A stretch of 48,673 nucleotides of DNA, taken from contig BLSG01000177.1 of the NCBI GenBank assembly GCA_012862495.1, positions 2,294-50,966 on the forward strand, in the 5' to 3' direction. Origin of the DNA: Thraustochytrium aureum (Eukaryota). Both the position numbers and the translations under genes were made by a program. The notes under the pieces were generated by a model. That model had not been told where the DNA came from and made no database searches. It worked only from the letters and a program-made list of their open reading frames with translations. Positions 1 to 11,500 of this stretch are shown one piece after another. Position 1 is the first letter of the stretch. Each line of letters begins with the position of its first letter.

Positions 1-1581
1 GCCGCATTCTCTGCCTTTGCCAACTCGAGCTTGCTACGCATTGCGGCGTCGAGGTTGGCGAGAGCTTTGGCGCGAGCTTCCGTCACGCGCTTGTCGAGCT
101 TGCTTGTCTCCCCTTGCACAATTTCCGCCGCAGTCCGTGTCTGCTCGGCCGCGTGCACCTGGGCTTCGAGCTCCAGAATCTCCTCCTCGAGTGCCAGCCG
201 CTCCTTTGCTCCGACCGCCTCTCGCAGAGCTAGGCACTCTTGCAGGTTGGAAAAGTTGACCTTGAGCACGCGCCGTCGCTCGCTCAGCGCGGCGCACCGC
301 TTCCTGAGCTGCGCGGCGCGGATCTCAAGCGCTGCTTCCTGCGAACCGGCATCGTCAACGCCGGCTTGCGCAGCGGCTACGTTGCCCTCGAGCTGTCGCT
401 CGCGCCCCTTGGCCTCCTTGTCCTCCTGGAGCAAAAAGTGGAAATACAGGTCGCGGTCACGGACTCGCATGAGTCCGCCTCGCTGCGCCCCAGCGAATGC
501 TGTTTCACACACAAAGCTGAACGATCGCTCCTTGGCGAGGCAACCCAGCTCGAGTGCCTCTGCTTCCAGCTCCGCGGCCTCCAACAGCGCATCTTGAAAC
601 GCAAAGTCGTCCATCTCCCGCACACGCATCACCTCTTTGCGAAACTTCTCCTCTTCGCCTGCAATGGCGGCGCGAACCGACGCAAACTTGCCCTTGCTTT
701 GGGCTCGCAAAATCTCGCCCCAGACGGCAGCTTCGTTTGCCCTTGCAGCGTCGTAGTCGTCCGCGGAGCCCAACTCGCTGCACCGTTCCATTTCATCGTG
801 AGGACTGAGACCAGCCTCATCGATGGTCGCAGTCTCGGGTCTGCTGCTGGCCACGTCGACGACCATCTCACTGCGCCGGCCACGCACGCGCCAACCACCG
901 TGCCCAGCAGCGCAAGCCGCCCTGGCAAGCCTTCGCTCGAGGTCTTTTCTGCTTGGCCGGGAGCTGCCGGGCGGCGACAAACGATGATGAGGGTGAGGCG
1001 CGCTGAAGTGATCGATGACAACCACGGCGCTTGTCGCGTCAACCACAAGCTATTCAGCCCGTCCTCTGCAACCAGCAGCGACCAAGCACGCCACACTCGA
1101 GGCTCAGCAGCGTTTCCGCCGCGCAACAGCTGCCAACACCTGCTGCTGCACAGGTGCCAAAATGCTGCACTGCGCTGCGCCACGCGCGTGGTCAGCAGCG
1201 AATTCCGCGTCGCAGCGGCGGCCAATGCACGCTCGATGCGGCCAAGCCGTGCCAGGCGAGCCTGGTTTGGTGCGCGAGGCGGCGGGCCTCGAGCGCATTG
1301 AGCGCCTCGAACGCATCTAACGGTAACTCTCTGCACCAAGGANNNNNNNNNNNNNNNNNNNNNNNNNNNNNNNNNNNNNNNNNNNNNNNNNNNNNNNNNN
1401 NNNNNNNNNNNNNNNNNNNNNNNNNNNNNNNNNNNNNNNNNNNNNNNNNNNAGAGAGAGAGAGAAGGAACAAGCAGACCCCTTGCCTGCCACCTTGCCCG
1501 CTCCCCGAGCCCCCGACTTCTCCACCGCGCCGCTCGGCCCACCGATCGCCTGCTGCTGCCCGGCCGTTGTTTCGCTGCTGC

Positions 1582-1621
<40 letters not shown>

Positions 1622-1649
1622 GCGCCGGAATCGCCGTCCTGGAGGCCAT
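1..1649 (-). CDS. Coiled-coil protein of unknown function, 3'-truncated by the window edge
   Basis: The minus frame is open from 1049 to 1 and is not in the ORF track. It reads LVVDATSAVVVIDHF...KDLERRLARAA...EEEKFRKEVMRV...LRKRCAALSERRRVLKVNFSNLQECLALREAVGAKERLALEEEILELEAQV...KLELAKAENA (E/A/L/R-rich heptads). Upstream coding-like segments (ELPLDAFEALNALEARRLAHQ, RLGRIERALAAAA) join through two apparent -1 shifts at ~1257 and ~1050. A candidate first exon starts at aaaATGG (1649) with MASRTAIPAPK-polyQ, before the gap at 1343-1451. The 5' structure is tentative. Confidence 0.6.
1575..1617. repeat. (CTG/CAG)n trinucleotide microsatellite, encoding polyQ on the minus strand
   Basis: ctgctgctgcttctgctgctg...ctgctg is directly visible. 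Confidence 0.95.
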
Positions 1650-2014
1650 TTTGCGACGATCCTGGCGAAGGGTTGGCGCCCGCCCGTGTCTCTGTCCCGG
1701 ATCCTGGCCGAGCTGCGCGGCGAGTCCGGGCTCGAAGGCGGCCGAGGTCGATCGCTGTCGGGGCTGCGAAGGCGCTGCGCGGTCTGGCCGGACCTCACGG
1801 CGTCGGGGCGGTCGTTTTGCCGTTGCTGCCCTCATCGCGGCATACGCGAAGCTGCTCAGGTCGGAGCGGCGCGCGCCAGCTCGCGGCGAGCAAGCGCTGG
1901 GGCCGTGAGCGGCTGCGGCGAAGGCCAGCAGAAAGAGCCGCATCAAGTGGCCCTGGTTTGGCGCAGAAAGACGGCCTTGGCGCTTGGGCCGCCGGCGAGG
2001 TCTGCGTGTTCAAT

Positions 2015-2389
2015 ATGGCATGCCCGGAGGGTGCTGCAGCAGAGCCAGCGCGGGTCACGCTAGAGAATGTACACACGCTGTCGACGTTCGAGTTGAGGCA
2101 AGAGTGCTTGCGGCGCTCCCTGGAGCTCCCTGAACGCGTCAATGAGACCACGCTGATGCAAGTTCTCATCAAGCAGCTCATGAAGGACAAGGAGGTTGAG
2201 GAGCGCGAAATGGCCGAGCGGCTCGACCGCGAAAGCCAAGCGCTCAAGGAACGACTGGCTCGCGAAAAGGCAGAGCGCAAGCAAGCCGCTCTAGAGCGCA
2301 GTAGGAAGCGCCAAGAGGCGGCTGCGCAAGCGCGCGTTCAGCAACCGACCGAGCCGAGCCAGACAGAGCCCGAAGCCGGGACATGCTGA
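2015..2389 (+). CDS. Small protein (124 aa) with a SAP/LEM-like helical motif and a coiled coil
   Basis: aatATGG start, then MACPEG...VHTLSTFELRQECLRRSLELP (SAP-like LSxxELRxEL/CxxR pattern). A charged coiled coil follows: KEVEEREMAERLDRESQALKERLAREKAERKQ. Confidence 0.7.
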   Translation: MACPEGAAAEPARVTLENVHTLSTFELRQECLRRSLELPERVNETTLMQVLIKQLMKDKEVEEREMAERLDRESQALKERLAREKAERKQAALERSRKRQEAAAQARVQQPTEPSQTEPEAGTC

Positions 2390-2895
2390 GAATACGATTG
2401 AGCAAGTGAACCCGCACCGGGTAGGAGCGACGTGCGTCGCTCTTTGGACAGTCTCCAGAAAATGGCTCAGTTTGCTTGCTTCGTCCGTCTGCGTTACATC
2501 AAGTACACGCTTCCACCTACCGGTACTGCGAACCACACCACTCCATGAAGTTTCTAAAGATAACCTTTCACCCATCGGCTGACTGACGTCGCTTTTACGA
2601 GTCGTTGGGCGACCAAGTTGATTGACCCACCCTGGGAACCCCAACCGATCTCACAGCTTTCTCCGTGGGTAAAACCCACACAAAACAATGCCGACTCATC
2701 CTACCGAGCAACTTGCCCACCTGCTGCAATGCGAAATAAACGCGGTGCCACGGTCGTCGCATGGGCAGGGCTTGGACGTCCAAACTCGCTGCAAACAGAA
2801 CCCCGAACAACCAACAAACCCACAACACAACGAGCTCATCTCTCAAAAGCCATCGTCGCCTCTGCGCAGGGACCGAACAGCGCGAATCCGCCAAG

Positions 2896-5121
2896 ATGGG
2901 CCCCATCATCCGCGTCGCGCTCCTCCTCGAGGCTGGCATCATCGCCCTCAGTGGGCCGCAGCTTGGGATGGCCACCGGAACGGTAGAGTACCGGCACCTA
3001 GCGAAGGGCGAGGCCAAGCCGATTCGCGATGAGGGCAAGATTCAGGACGGGCAAGACGAGTGGGCTGACATCATCTTCAACAGAGTCTGCTCCAAGGCCA
3101 CCAAAGGCAAGGTCCTTGACGAGTGGAGAGAGACTTTGGACGAATTCCGCCAGGCGTGCACGTACGAATCCGACCCAGAGGAGCTTGAAGACCCCGAGGA
3201 GCCGAACGAGCGAGAGCGAAAGCTCGAGGCCAACAACGCAATCGAGAACGTGGAAGGGGGGGAGGCTGGGCCGCGCGACGCTGACGTGCTCGCGGACCCG
3301 CTTTACTTTGTCCATCCGAACCGGACCTGCTCCGACGAGTGCCGAGACGCTGTGGTGGGCCAAAAGGGCCTGATCAAAGCTACATACAAGCTCTTCGAGC
3401 TCTGTGGCGGCCGCCTCAGCGAAGAGCGATCAGACTTTTTTATGCGCCAAGGCCTCGCTAATCTCACTTGGGCCGAGGTGCGAGAAAAGTACTCCGGCCT
3501 CGAAAAGCGGTTTGGCCGGTGCAACATCGAGAAAGATATCCCCCCCGAAAAGCTGGGTGCCTGCAGGCGTATCGCGGCCGAGCTCCAAGACGTCCTGGAT
3601 GGAACCGGTCTCGGTTCGCGATGCGAAGCTCTCCGTGCCAACATCACCTTCCAGAGCACCGCGCGCGAATTTTGCTTTGGGAAAATCCCGGCCCTGGGCA
3701 AGTCGTGCTTCTCGCTATACTCGACTTTAGCCAAAGGCATTGCAAGCGCCGGCTGTGGCAACCTGCCGCTTGTCGAAACTGTGCGAGAGAAGCTCGGTGC
3801 GGTCTGCGAGAAAGACGACGACGACGACGACGAGTTTTGCTATCCCGAGTACGAGCGCCTGACAAACGGCGGCATTTTCGAGAAGCTGGACGCGCTCAAC
3901 GAAGACGGCAATCTTGACGACGCCGACGACCTCCTCAGCGAGATTTGCTCGTCGAAATGCCTCAAGAAAGTCGTCAAGCGCCGCCTCGGTCTTGACGACA
4001 AGCTTGCCAGCGCTCTTAGCCTCGTCTGCACCAAAGATCCGCGAGAGGGGTACTGCTACAACCGCTTTGCGCAGGCCTTGGTAGAGCACAACGAGACGGC
4101 TCGGCACGACCTAGTGTGCGGAAACCGCTGCTTCAGCCGGATCGCGCTCACCCTGGCCCGCAGCTCCTCCACGCCAGACTCGACCCAGCGCCTCCTCAAA
4201 GCTACCACGAAATTTCTCTGCATGCGGGACTCGCGCCAGAACCGTTTCGCAGAGCACCGCTGCATTCCGCGAGTCGCTGCCGCCACACCAGTACTTGAGC
4301 GAGTCTGCATGCCAGCCTTCAAGGGCGAGTCTTGCCCGGCCGAGTGTCGCCGAGTTGCCCCACAGGTGATCGAGGAGCTCGGCTGCTGCCTCAACTCCAC
4401 TCTGCAGTACAAGCTCGGGATACTTCCCGAAGACGAGGGCGCCGAGGTCGTGTCTGCCTGGAACAACTTGACGAGCACGTGTTCCGAGGACATAGACCTA
4501 CTCGAGCCCGCTTGCCCTTTGGCTGGGAACAAAACCAAGACGAAACTGGTCCGTCTCTGCGGCGTGCTGCCCAAATGGCTAGAGTCTGCTAAAGTCCAAT
4601 CTGCTCTGCGCGACGACATCCTCACGGGATTCGGCCTGCTCGAGGACAATGTTCGAAGATTCCTCATCAAGAACTCGACCAAGCTCTGCGGGCCATTCAC
4701 CAACTCCAGCGCAGACAATGTCGGTCGTCGGCTTGATCAGGCATCTGGCAGCGTCGAGATCGAGACCGAGTTTGCAGGAATTGACGACCAAGAGACTGAG
4801 GAGATGTTCAACAGCGTTTCCGACGAGGACCTCGTCTTCCCGGCACTGCATGCCTCGCTCATGCAGGAGGACTTTGGCGTTGACGAAACCTTCTCGGTTG
4901 TCGCGGTTCAAGACGTCGGGGATGGCAACGACGGCACTGGTGGAGACACTACCACCCCGGGCGGCGACAACGGCGACGGCGGCGACGGCGGCGACGGTGG
5001 CGACGGCGGCGACGGCGGCGGGGGAAACGGCAACGAAGACGTCCCTTTTGGAGCCAGCGCCGTACATCAATCCTCACTGATGGTCCTGGCGGCCACGACC
5101 ATTCTTTTCGCCACGTACTGA
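2896..5121 (+). CDS. Secreted Cys-rich surface protein (741 aa) with a SEA-like region, GDG linker and probable GPI signal
   Basis: Signal-like N-terminus MGPIIRVALLLEAGIIALSG. Repeated Cys motifs (CSDEC, CSSKC, CGNRC, CPAEC...LGCC) and several NxS/T sequons. Later GRRL..SGSVEI, a Gly/Asp linker, and a hydrophobic C-terminus GASAVHQSSLMVLAATTILFATY with no cytosolic tail. Intronless ORF. Confidence 0.85.
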   Translation: MGPIIRVALLLEAGIIALSGPQLGMATGTVEYRHLAKGEAKPIRDEGKIQDGQDEWADIIFNRVCSKATKGKVLDEWRETLDEFRQACTYESDPEELEDPEEPNERERKLEANNAIENVEGGEAGPRDADVLADPLYFVHPNRTCSDECRDAVVGQKGLIKATYKLFELCGGRLSEERSDFFMRQGLANLTWAEVREKYSGLEKRFGRCNIEKDIPPEKLGACRRIAAELQDVLDGTGLGSRCEALRANITFQSTAREFCFGKIPALGKSCFSLYSTLAKGIASAGCGNLPLVETVREKLGAVCEKDDDDDDEFCYPEYERLTNGGIFEKLDALNEDGNLDDADDLLSEICSSKCLKKVVKRRLGLDDKLASALSLVCTKDPREGYCYNRFAQALVEHNETARHDLVCGNRCFSRIALTLARSSSTPDSTQRLLKATTKFLCMRDSRQNRFAEHRCIPRVAAATPVLERVCMPAFKGESCPAECRRVAPQVIEELGCCLNSTLQYKLGILPEDEGAEVVSAWNNLTSTCSEDIDLLEPACPLAGNKTKTKLVRLCGVLPKWLESAKVQSALRDDILTGFGLLEDNVRRFLIKNSTKLCGPFTNSSADNVGRRLDQASGSVEIETEFAGIDDQETEEMFNSVSDEDLVFPALHASLMQEDFGVDETFSVVAVQDVGDGNDGTGGDTTTPGGDNGDGGDGGDGGDGGDGGGGNGNEDVPFGASAVHQSSLMVLAATTILFATY
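4972..5016 (+). repeat. Five copies of GGCGACGG(C/T) coding a (GDG)5 linker
   Basis: ggcgacggc ggcgacggc ggcgacggt ggcgacggc ggcgacggc is directly visible. Confidence 0.9.
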
Positions 5122-5580
5122 AAATAGAATCCGCCAACAGCGAGCCGATAGCCCTTGCGCGGGAGCGATTTCCGAACGTGGGGGCGCAGATGATCTGACT
5201 AAACAGCGCATTGAAATAGTGTCTACCTTACAAAACCTCGGCTCCCCAGCAGCGCGGGGCCGCGCTCGGCGCAGTTGTTCAATCAAAAGGGTCTGCTCGC
5301 CGGAGGATGTCTCGCCCACACGCCCGAAAACCCGAGCGGTGCAAAAACAGCTGTTCTTCGAAAGGTTGTAACGGCACTAGCGCACCAGGAAGAGCCCCAA
5401 CCGCGTCAGGCAGTGGCCGCTGGAGTCGGGCCGCTAGGGGCGCGGTTGGCACGCAGACGCTCGTAGCGCGCTGGGCAGTCCAGCACGGCCGCTGTGCAAG
5501 GGCTGCGCGAACGGCTGGCGCGGCGTTCGGCGCCAAGGGTTGGCGAAAATCCCCGATTTGGGCCGCTCGGGTGAACGCGG

Positions 5581-8500
5581 ATGGACCTGGACGAGAGGGC
5601 TCGAGAGCCCGACCCCGGGGGCGACGGAGAGGACGAGGCCGTGGACTGGGATAAGGCGCTTGAACTGATAGCACTCGCGATCGCCTCAACGAACAAGGCC
5701 CACGCCGTCGTTGCGGAAACCGGCAGGTCCGTGGAAAACGAACTCATCACTAGGAAGCTTGCCTTCTCTGGACGAGGGGCTCTCTTGTGCGACTCGGCGG
5801 CAGACGAAGATGGTCGGGTGTCAAATCCGTCAGGGAGCGACGCTTCTGACGACGAGGAGGCGGGTGACGGCGAAGGCGATGGTTCAGAATCACCAGCCGG
5901 CCTCCCCAAAACCCAATCACCCAATCAATGCTTCGAAGAAGCCGAGCGCAGCCTCAACGACGACGCAAGAGACTCAACACAAACGTGCGCCGAGAGCGAC
6001 ACAAACTGGCGCGATTACAAGCCGTTTGAAGCTCCACCCGAGCGTGCGACGGACCAACGCAAAGGCGGGGCCAAGGACTGGCTTCTCATTCCAAGGCGGC
6101 CAGAGCGGCCCGCACCAGTTCATGCGATCCACCTATCGCCACGCCACAGCGGAAACCTTCGTTCAGGCGGTCTGGATGGCGAGGGCGAGGCCAAGCCGAA
6201 GCGGCGCGCTGGTCGGCCCAAGCAGGCACGCCCAAAAGCACCTCAGCCGCTTGACGGGTTCAGGCCATCCATTGAGTACTGGGAAAAGCACGTTGCGACA
6301 AAGCCTGCGCCAACGCGCGCCGAGCGAGCCGAGCAAAGGCGTCGCGAGAAGCGTCTCAAAGTGCGAGAAGGCCTCCACCTCGGCAAGCTGTACGACTCGG
6401 CAAGCTCTCGGATTGGCGCGGCATACAGCTCCACACGGCTTTTAAATCTGCGAGCCGCAACTCTGTGCAAAGTTCGAGTCCGGCGCAAGCGCCTGCAAGC
6501 AACTGCCGTGGCGCGGCGCACCACGACGCCTGGTCGCATTCCGAGCCTGGAACACAACGCAGGCGAGGTTGTGCCGCTTCGCATCATGTTTTCCTTACCG
6601 GGCGAAGCGGGCGAATCGCAAACGTTTTCACTAAACCGGTTCGACTTCGGGCCCGGGGTTTGCGGGCACGAACCGAGTCCCTGGTACGCATGCTCGCTCC
6701 CAGACGAAGAATGGGTCAGCGATGACGCTGCGGCAGCTCGGCGCTCCGGCCGAGAGAACGGCAAGACCCCTGCGTTCTTGCAAACGTACAGCACTGCGCA
6801 AGGGGTTGCCATCGAGGTGCCCTGCCAAGTCCTGTCTCTCGACCCCAAGACTCGACATTTCACCGTCCGGATGAACTTGATGCAAGGGGGCAAGGCAGTC
6901 GTCGCCGACAAGCAGTGTCCTCGGACGGTGCTTAGATTTTCGGCCGAGAACGAAGGGTGCTTTAGGAAACGCGCACACGCTGCGCACGCGCTCCGCTTTG
7001 TTGGCGGCATGCTTTGGAAGCATGCCGCATTCCTTAGCGCACATCCCCACCCGCGGGAGGGCTACTTTGCAGCACCGACGGCACAGCTATCCGGCAGGTT
7101 TCTCTCGCCCATGCATGAGCGCATCATAAAGAGCTCGCTCAACTTTTCCGTTCACGACGCGGTGGTCCGTGTTCGGGGCCGCCGGTACTCGCTCTCAAGC
7201 TCGAGGTCGGGCTCAGCTCGGCTCCTGCCGCTTGACGACCTGCCAGGCAGGACCGCTTCATCAGACGCAGAGAGGCCAAGTTCAAGAGGAACTTGCCCCG
7301 ATTTGATGTACAAGGCCCTACATGAGCTTCGCTCCTTGCTTTCTCTCGACGCGGACACGCAAGCGAACGCGCCCCAAGGCGCGGAGGAGTTGGTGAGGAC
7401 CATCTTTACCAACCTTCTCCCCACGCCAAATGCCCCAAGTGGCGACGGAAATGAGCTGCAAGAGACCGGCACGACTAGCGTTCGTGAAAGGTACGCTGCC
7501 CTTGCGGGGATCGTCGATCAGTTCTCAAGCCCAAAAGTCCTCGCTCGTGTGCTCGAGCGAGCACACGAGATGTTGGGCACAGAGTTGTTTTCGGTGACCG
7601 AGGCCCACTTCCACGCGGCCTCCACGGCGTACAACCTAAAGCAGACGACCAAAGGTCGCAGGGAGCTGGGGATCCGACGGCGCCGGCTGCAGCGGGCGTG
7701 GGATGCTCTGCCCTCATGGGCGCTCCCTCAGGCCCATTCTCTCTACAATGTGCACGTCGAGGACTGGGACCTGCGACCTGTTCTGGAAGACCGCGAAGCG
7801 CGCCACAAGGCCTGGCGTCCCGCTTCGAGCGCGTGCCCTGCCTGAACGGCACGTCGACTTTCACGAGGCCCTCGAGCGCGCGCAGAAGGGGCATTACAGC
7901 TCGTTCTCGCTGCTAGCCAAGGCAATGTCGTCGATGCACGAAATCAGCCTAGAGCTCGGAAGGTACTTGGCAGAGGGCATGGAGGAGTGCGACGCCCTGG
8001 GCCGTCCGGTCACTTACGTCGGCCTCTTCTGCTCCATTGAGGACCTCGCCCCACCGCTCCGCCCGGACAGCTTCTCCACCAAGCAGCGCCTTCACGTACA
8101 GACTGCAACGCATTTGCTTTCCTCGCGCTGGGTTCACTCGGTCTCGATGATGCTCCTCGGCGGCCTTCAAGGCACAGCAGCTCCAGGCGGCGGGACGTTC
8201 GACTTTTACTGCAAGGACGAAGAGGCTTTCCGAGGCAGCCCGGCGCAGCGCCTCGTCAAGCGCACGACTCTGCTCCTCCGCGCCCAGATATTCTCCTACA
8301 TGCAGCAGTCGATCGATGCGTGGGTGGACATGTTTGAGGCCAGCAGTGGGCTAAACGCTGTCGCGCACTTTTCGCCTGGCCTCCGCCAGCTTCGAGTGGA
8401 AACGATCCCAAGGCCGCTCGCAGACTGCCACAACCAATCGTTTTTCACGGTGCATCTCCGGTACGCGAGCACTGCATACTTCGAGCCAAGCCTTGAAGAC

Positions 8501-11500
8501 GTTCGAAGCCGAGTCGTCGCCTCGCTCTCAAAGTTGGCGAAGAGCCTGCGCGATGTGGACGACCCCTCCAGGGGTCTAACCCCTGTCCTTGCGGCGCTCT
8601 CGGCCCTGGCCAAGCCGAAAGGGGGGTTGGCGAGTCCGTTGTGGAGTCTTCGGAGCGGGAGGAAGAGAGCATCCCTCTGCTTCCCGTTAACGTGCAAAGC
8701 GCCCTGACGATCAAGTCGACGCGAAACCCAGACGGCTCGTTCACCTTTTTCCGAACTCTACGTGGTGGTGATGAGCACATCGAGTACGTGACAGACTTTT
8801 TGTGGACGGCGCGGTGTCGGCTCGACGCTGTCGTCACAGAGGCTGTCTCCCGAGCGAACGATCTCTTGTCTCGAGTGCAAAAACTGGAGCGGACCATTCT
8901 CGCCGGGATAAACTCGGACATCGAGCACGTCGCGGCGCTGGACCTGCACGTGTACGTGGATTGGTTCACCAAGCCACTCATCAAGCGGCCGCGAGACCGC
9001 AAGCACAGCAAAGAAGACGAATCGTTCATGCAAGTGCTGACCACGTCGGCCCCCGAGCACCCCAACGGTCTCGAGGGCCCCAACGCGCCTCTGTTCGAGC
9101 GGGCTGAAGGCATCTTTGCATCATCGAGCTCAGTCGACTCCTTCACGGACGGATCTGCGGCATCCAAGAGTGGCGCCTCGGAGCACGACAGCGACGAGGC
9201 CGCCACCTTTGCCTTCAGTGACGACGAATCGGGCAGCGCAGCCAGTTCTGCCAGTGCGCGCGCTCAAGACGAGGAGGAAGAGGAAAGCGACAGGGACGAC
9301 TTTGGCATCGACGTCACAGAGGCAACAGCTGCCGAAGCCGGTCCGGAGGACAGCGCGCTTGGCTCGCCCGCCGACTTTGCCACTGCGATTCTCGCTGAAG
9401 GTCATCAGAGACAGAGCCTCGTTGCACCCGAAAATCTCCTCCGGCTGGGTTCAAGTGACCCTTTCCCTCGAAGCGGGGAAGACTTGTACAACCGGTACCG
9501 AGAGTCTGGTTCAAGCAAGGCAGAGTCTGCCATGCTAGAGCGGTGCAAGCAAGAGGTCGAAAGACTCGCGCAAGTTCGAAGCACGATTGAGCAGGACCTG
9601 CCTTCTGACTTGCGACTGCCCATGTTTCAGGTGGAGTCCTCACGCGCCAAGCAAGGCCTGGTCGACGCCTGCAGGCGAATTTCGGATGCGCTCACAAACA
9701 CTCTCTACGAGCAGGCGCGCGACTGTCTCCTGGACGCTGCTGAGGAGTACCGCGTGTTGGAGCGGCGCATTCAGCGCCCAGTGCACTCCACAGAAGACCT
9801 CAAACTGCTCTGGACACTGGAGGTAGAGCTCCCCACGCGGCTTTTGCCAGAGATTGACGCAAAGTACATTCGACGCGCCTGGCAGCGGCTCAATGTTCTC
9901 GACGAACTCTACTACATGCGTCCACACGACGGTCTTGCGCTGGAGCAGCTTGTCTACAAAGCCCCCTCCCGCGTCGTGGCCAGCTGCAAGAAGGCTGTGG
10001 AAGACGTCGCGGAAAAGGCCAACGAGTTTCTCGTGGAGCTCAACGCGGAAAAGGAGCGGTTCAAGATCTCCCTTCGCGGCCTCTTTCAGCGATTCGAGCG
10101 CATCAAGCAGCACAGCGCGCTACAAAGCGCAAACGAGTACGCTGCGGACGCTGAGCGGCTCAGCGACTCGATTTCGACAGCGATCAGCCAAATGCAGCTG
10201 CTCAAGTCTAGAATCGACGTGTTTGACCGAACGGACAAGGCAATCATAGAAGGCCGCGTCCCAGTAACCAGCGCAAGTTCGCAAGACGCCCAAGTCTCGC
10301 TCGACCAGGTCACCGCCCTCGGGGCCCACTTCGCGCTCTATTGCCAGCTCTGGACCCTCGCAGCCGACTCGCAAGAGGCGATTGAGCACTGGCACCGCGG
10401 CCCCTTCAGCGAAATCGACTCGGACCTCATGCAAGGCCAGTTGCAAGGGAAAGACGGATGGCTCCCAAGTGTGGAAAAGCTCCTTGACAGCCTCGACGAG
10501 GACCAAGACGCCATCGCGATCACCGTGTGCCTGGCCATACAGAAAATACTGCGGGACTTCTCGGCAGGCATGCCGTTGATCCGCATGCTTCGCAGTGGGG
10601 CCCTGAAAGCCCGTCACTGGCGTCAGATCGTCGCAACGATTAATCCAATGGACGGCAGCCGCCTTGCCGAACTTCTCGGGCTTGCAGGCAGCAACGCCTC
10701 GCCCGCAGACAACGAGCGCCTTGGAAAAACCCAGCTCACACTCGGAAGTCTCGTCGAGCTTCGCGTCGCGCGCTACGAAGAAGAGATTGCGAAGATTTGC
10801 GGCGTCGCAGAGCGCGAGTTCGATGTCGAGCTGGGGCTTGACAGCATGGAGCGTGCGTTCCACGCGCACAACATACAAACGATTTGCGCCGCGAAGCCTG
10901 ATGTCCACACTATCGCGCTGAGCCCGAACGCGCTGCCGCAGGCTGTGGAGACAAGGCCAGAGAGTGCGCAAGCCGCCACGAGGCGGCAAAGCCGAGATGA
11001 GCCTTCTGCCGGGAAGGACAACCCGAACGGAACCGAGCCCGAGCCACTGCAGCCTGGCTCGATCTCGCTTGACGTCGCGTCGATTGATTCCCTCCTGGAC
11101 GACCATTTGGTGCGTCTGCGCGGAATGCAAGCGAGCAAGTTTACGCACTCGGGGCAGATGGGCGCACGCGTCGCGTCGTGGGCGCAAAACGTGCGTCACC
11201 TTCGCAAGTGGCTCAAAGCTGTGACTTATTTCCAGACGCGCTGGGAGCCCATGGAGGCTCTGCTTTCCGACTACGGGGACGAAAACGCGCCGATCAAGAT
11301 GGACGACAAGGAAATCAAGTCCTTCCACCTCGCAGACGTTCTGTGGAAAAAGTTCACTCGGACGCTGCACGACCGAAAGCTTTCGCTTCACTCGGTGATG
11401 CAGCTTCTCATGGGTCAAGCAGCGGACTGGGCCAAACACGAGCCTGAGGTAAGGGTGCTCCCACTGCGAATCTTTCAGGACCTGAACGACTGCATGGATA

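Noticed and set aside
240..1301. Long + strand ORFs 240-1301 and 31-597
   Set aside because: They are antisense shadows of the minus-strand coiled-coil gene, as expected in GC-rich DNA.
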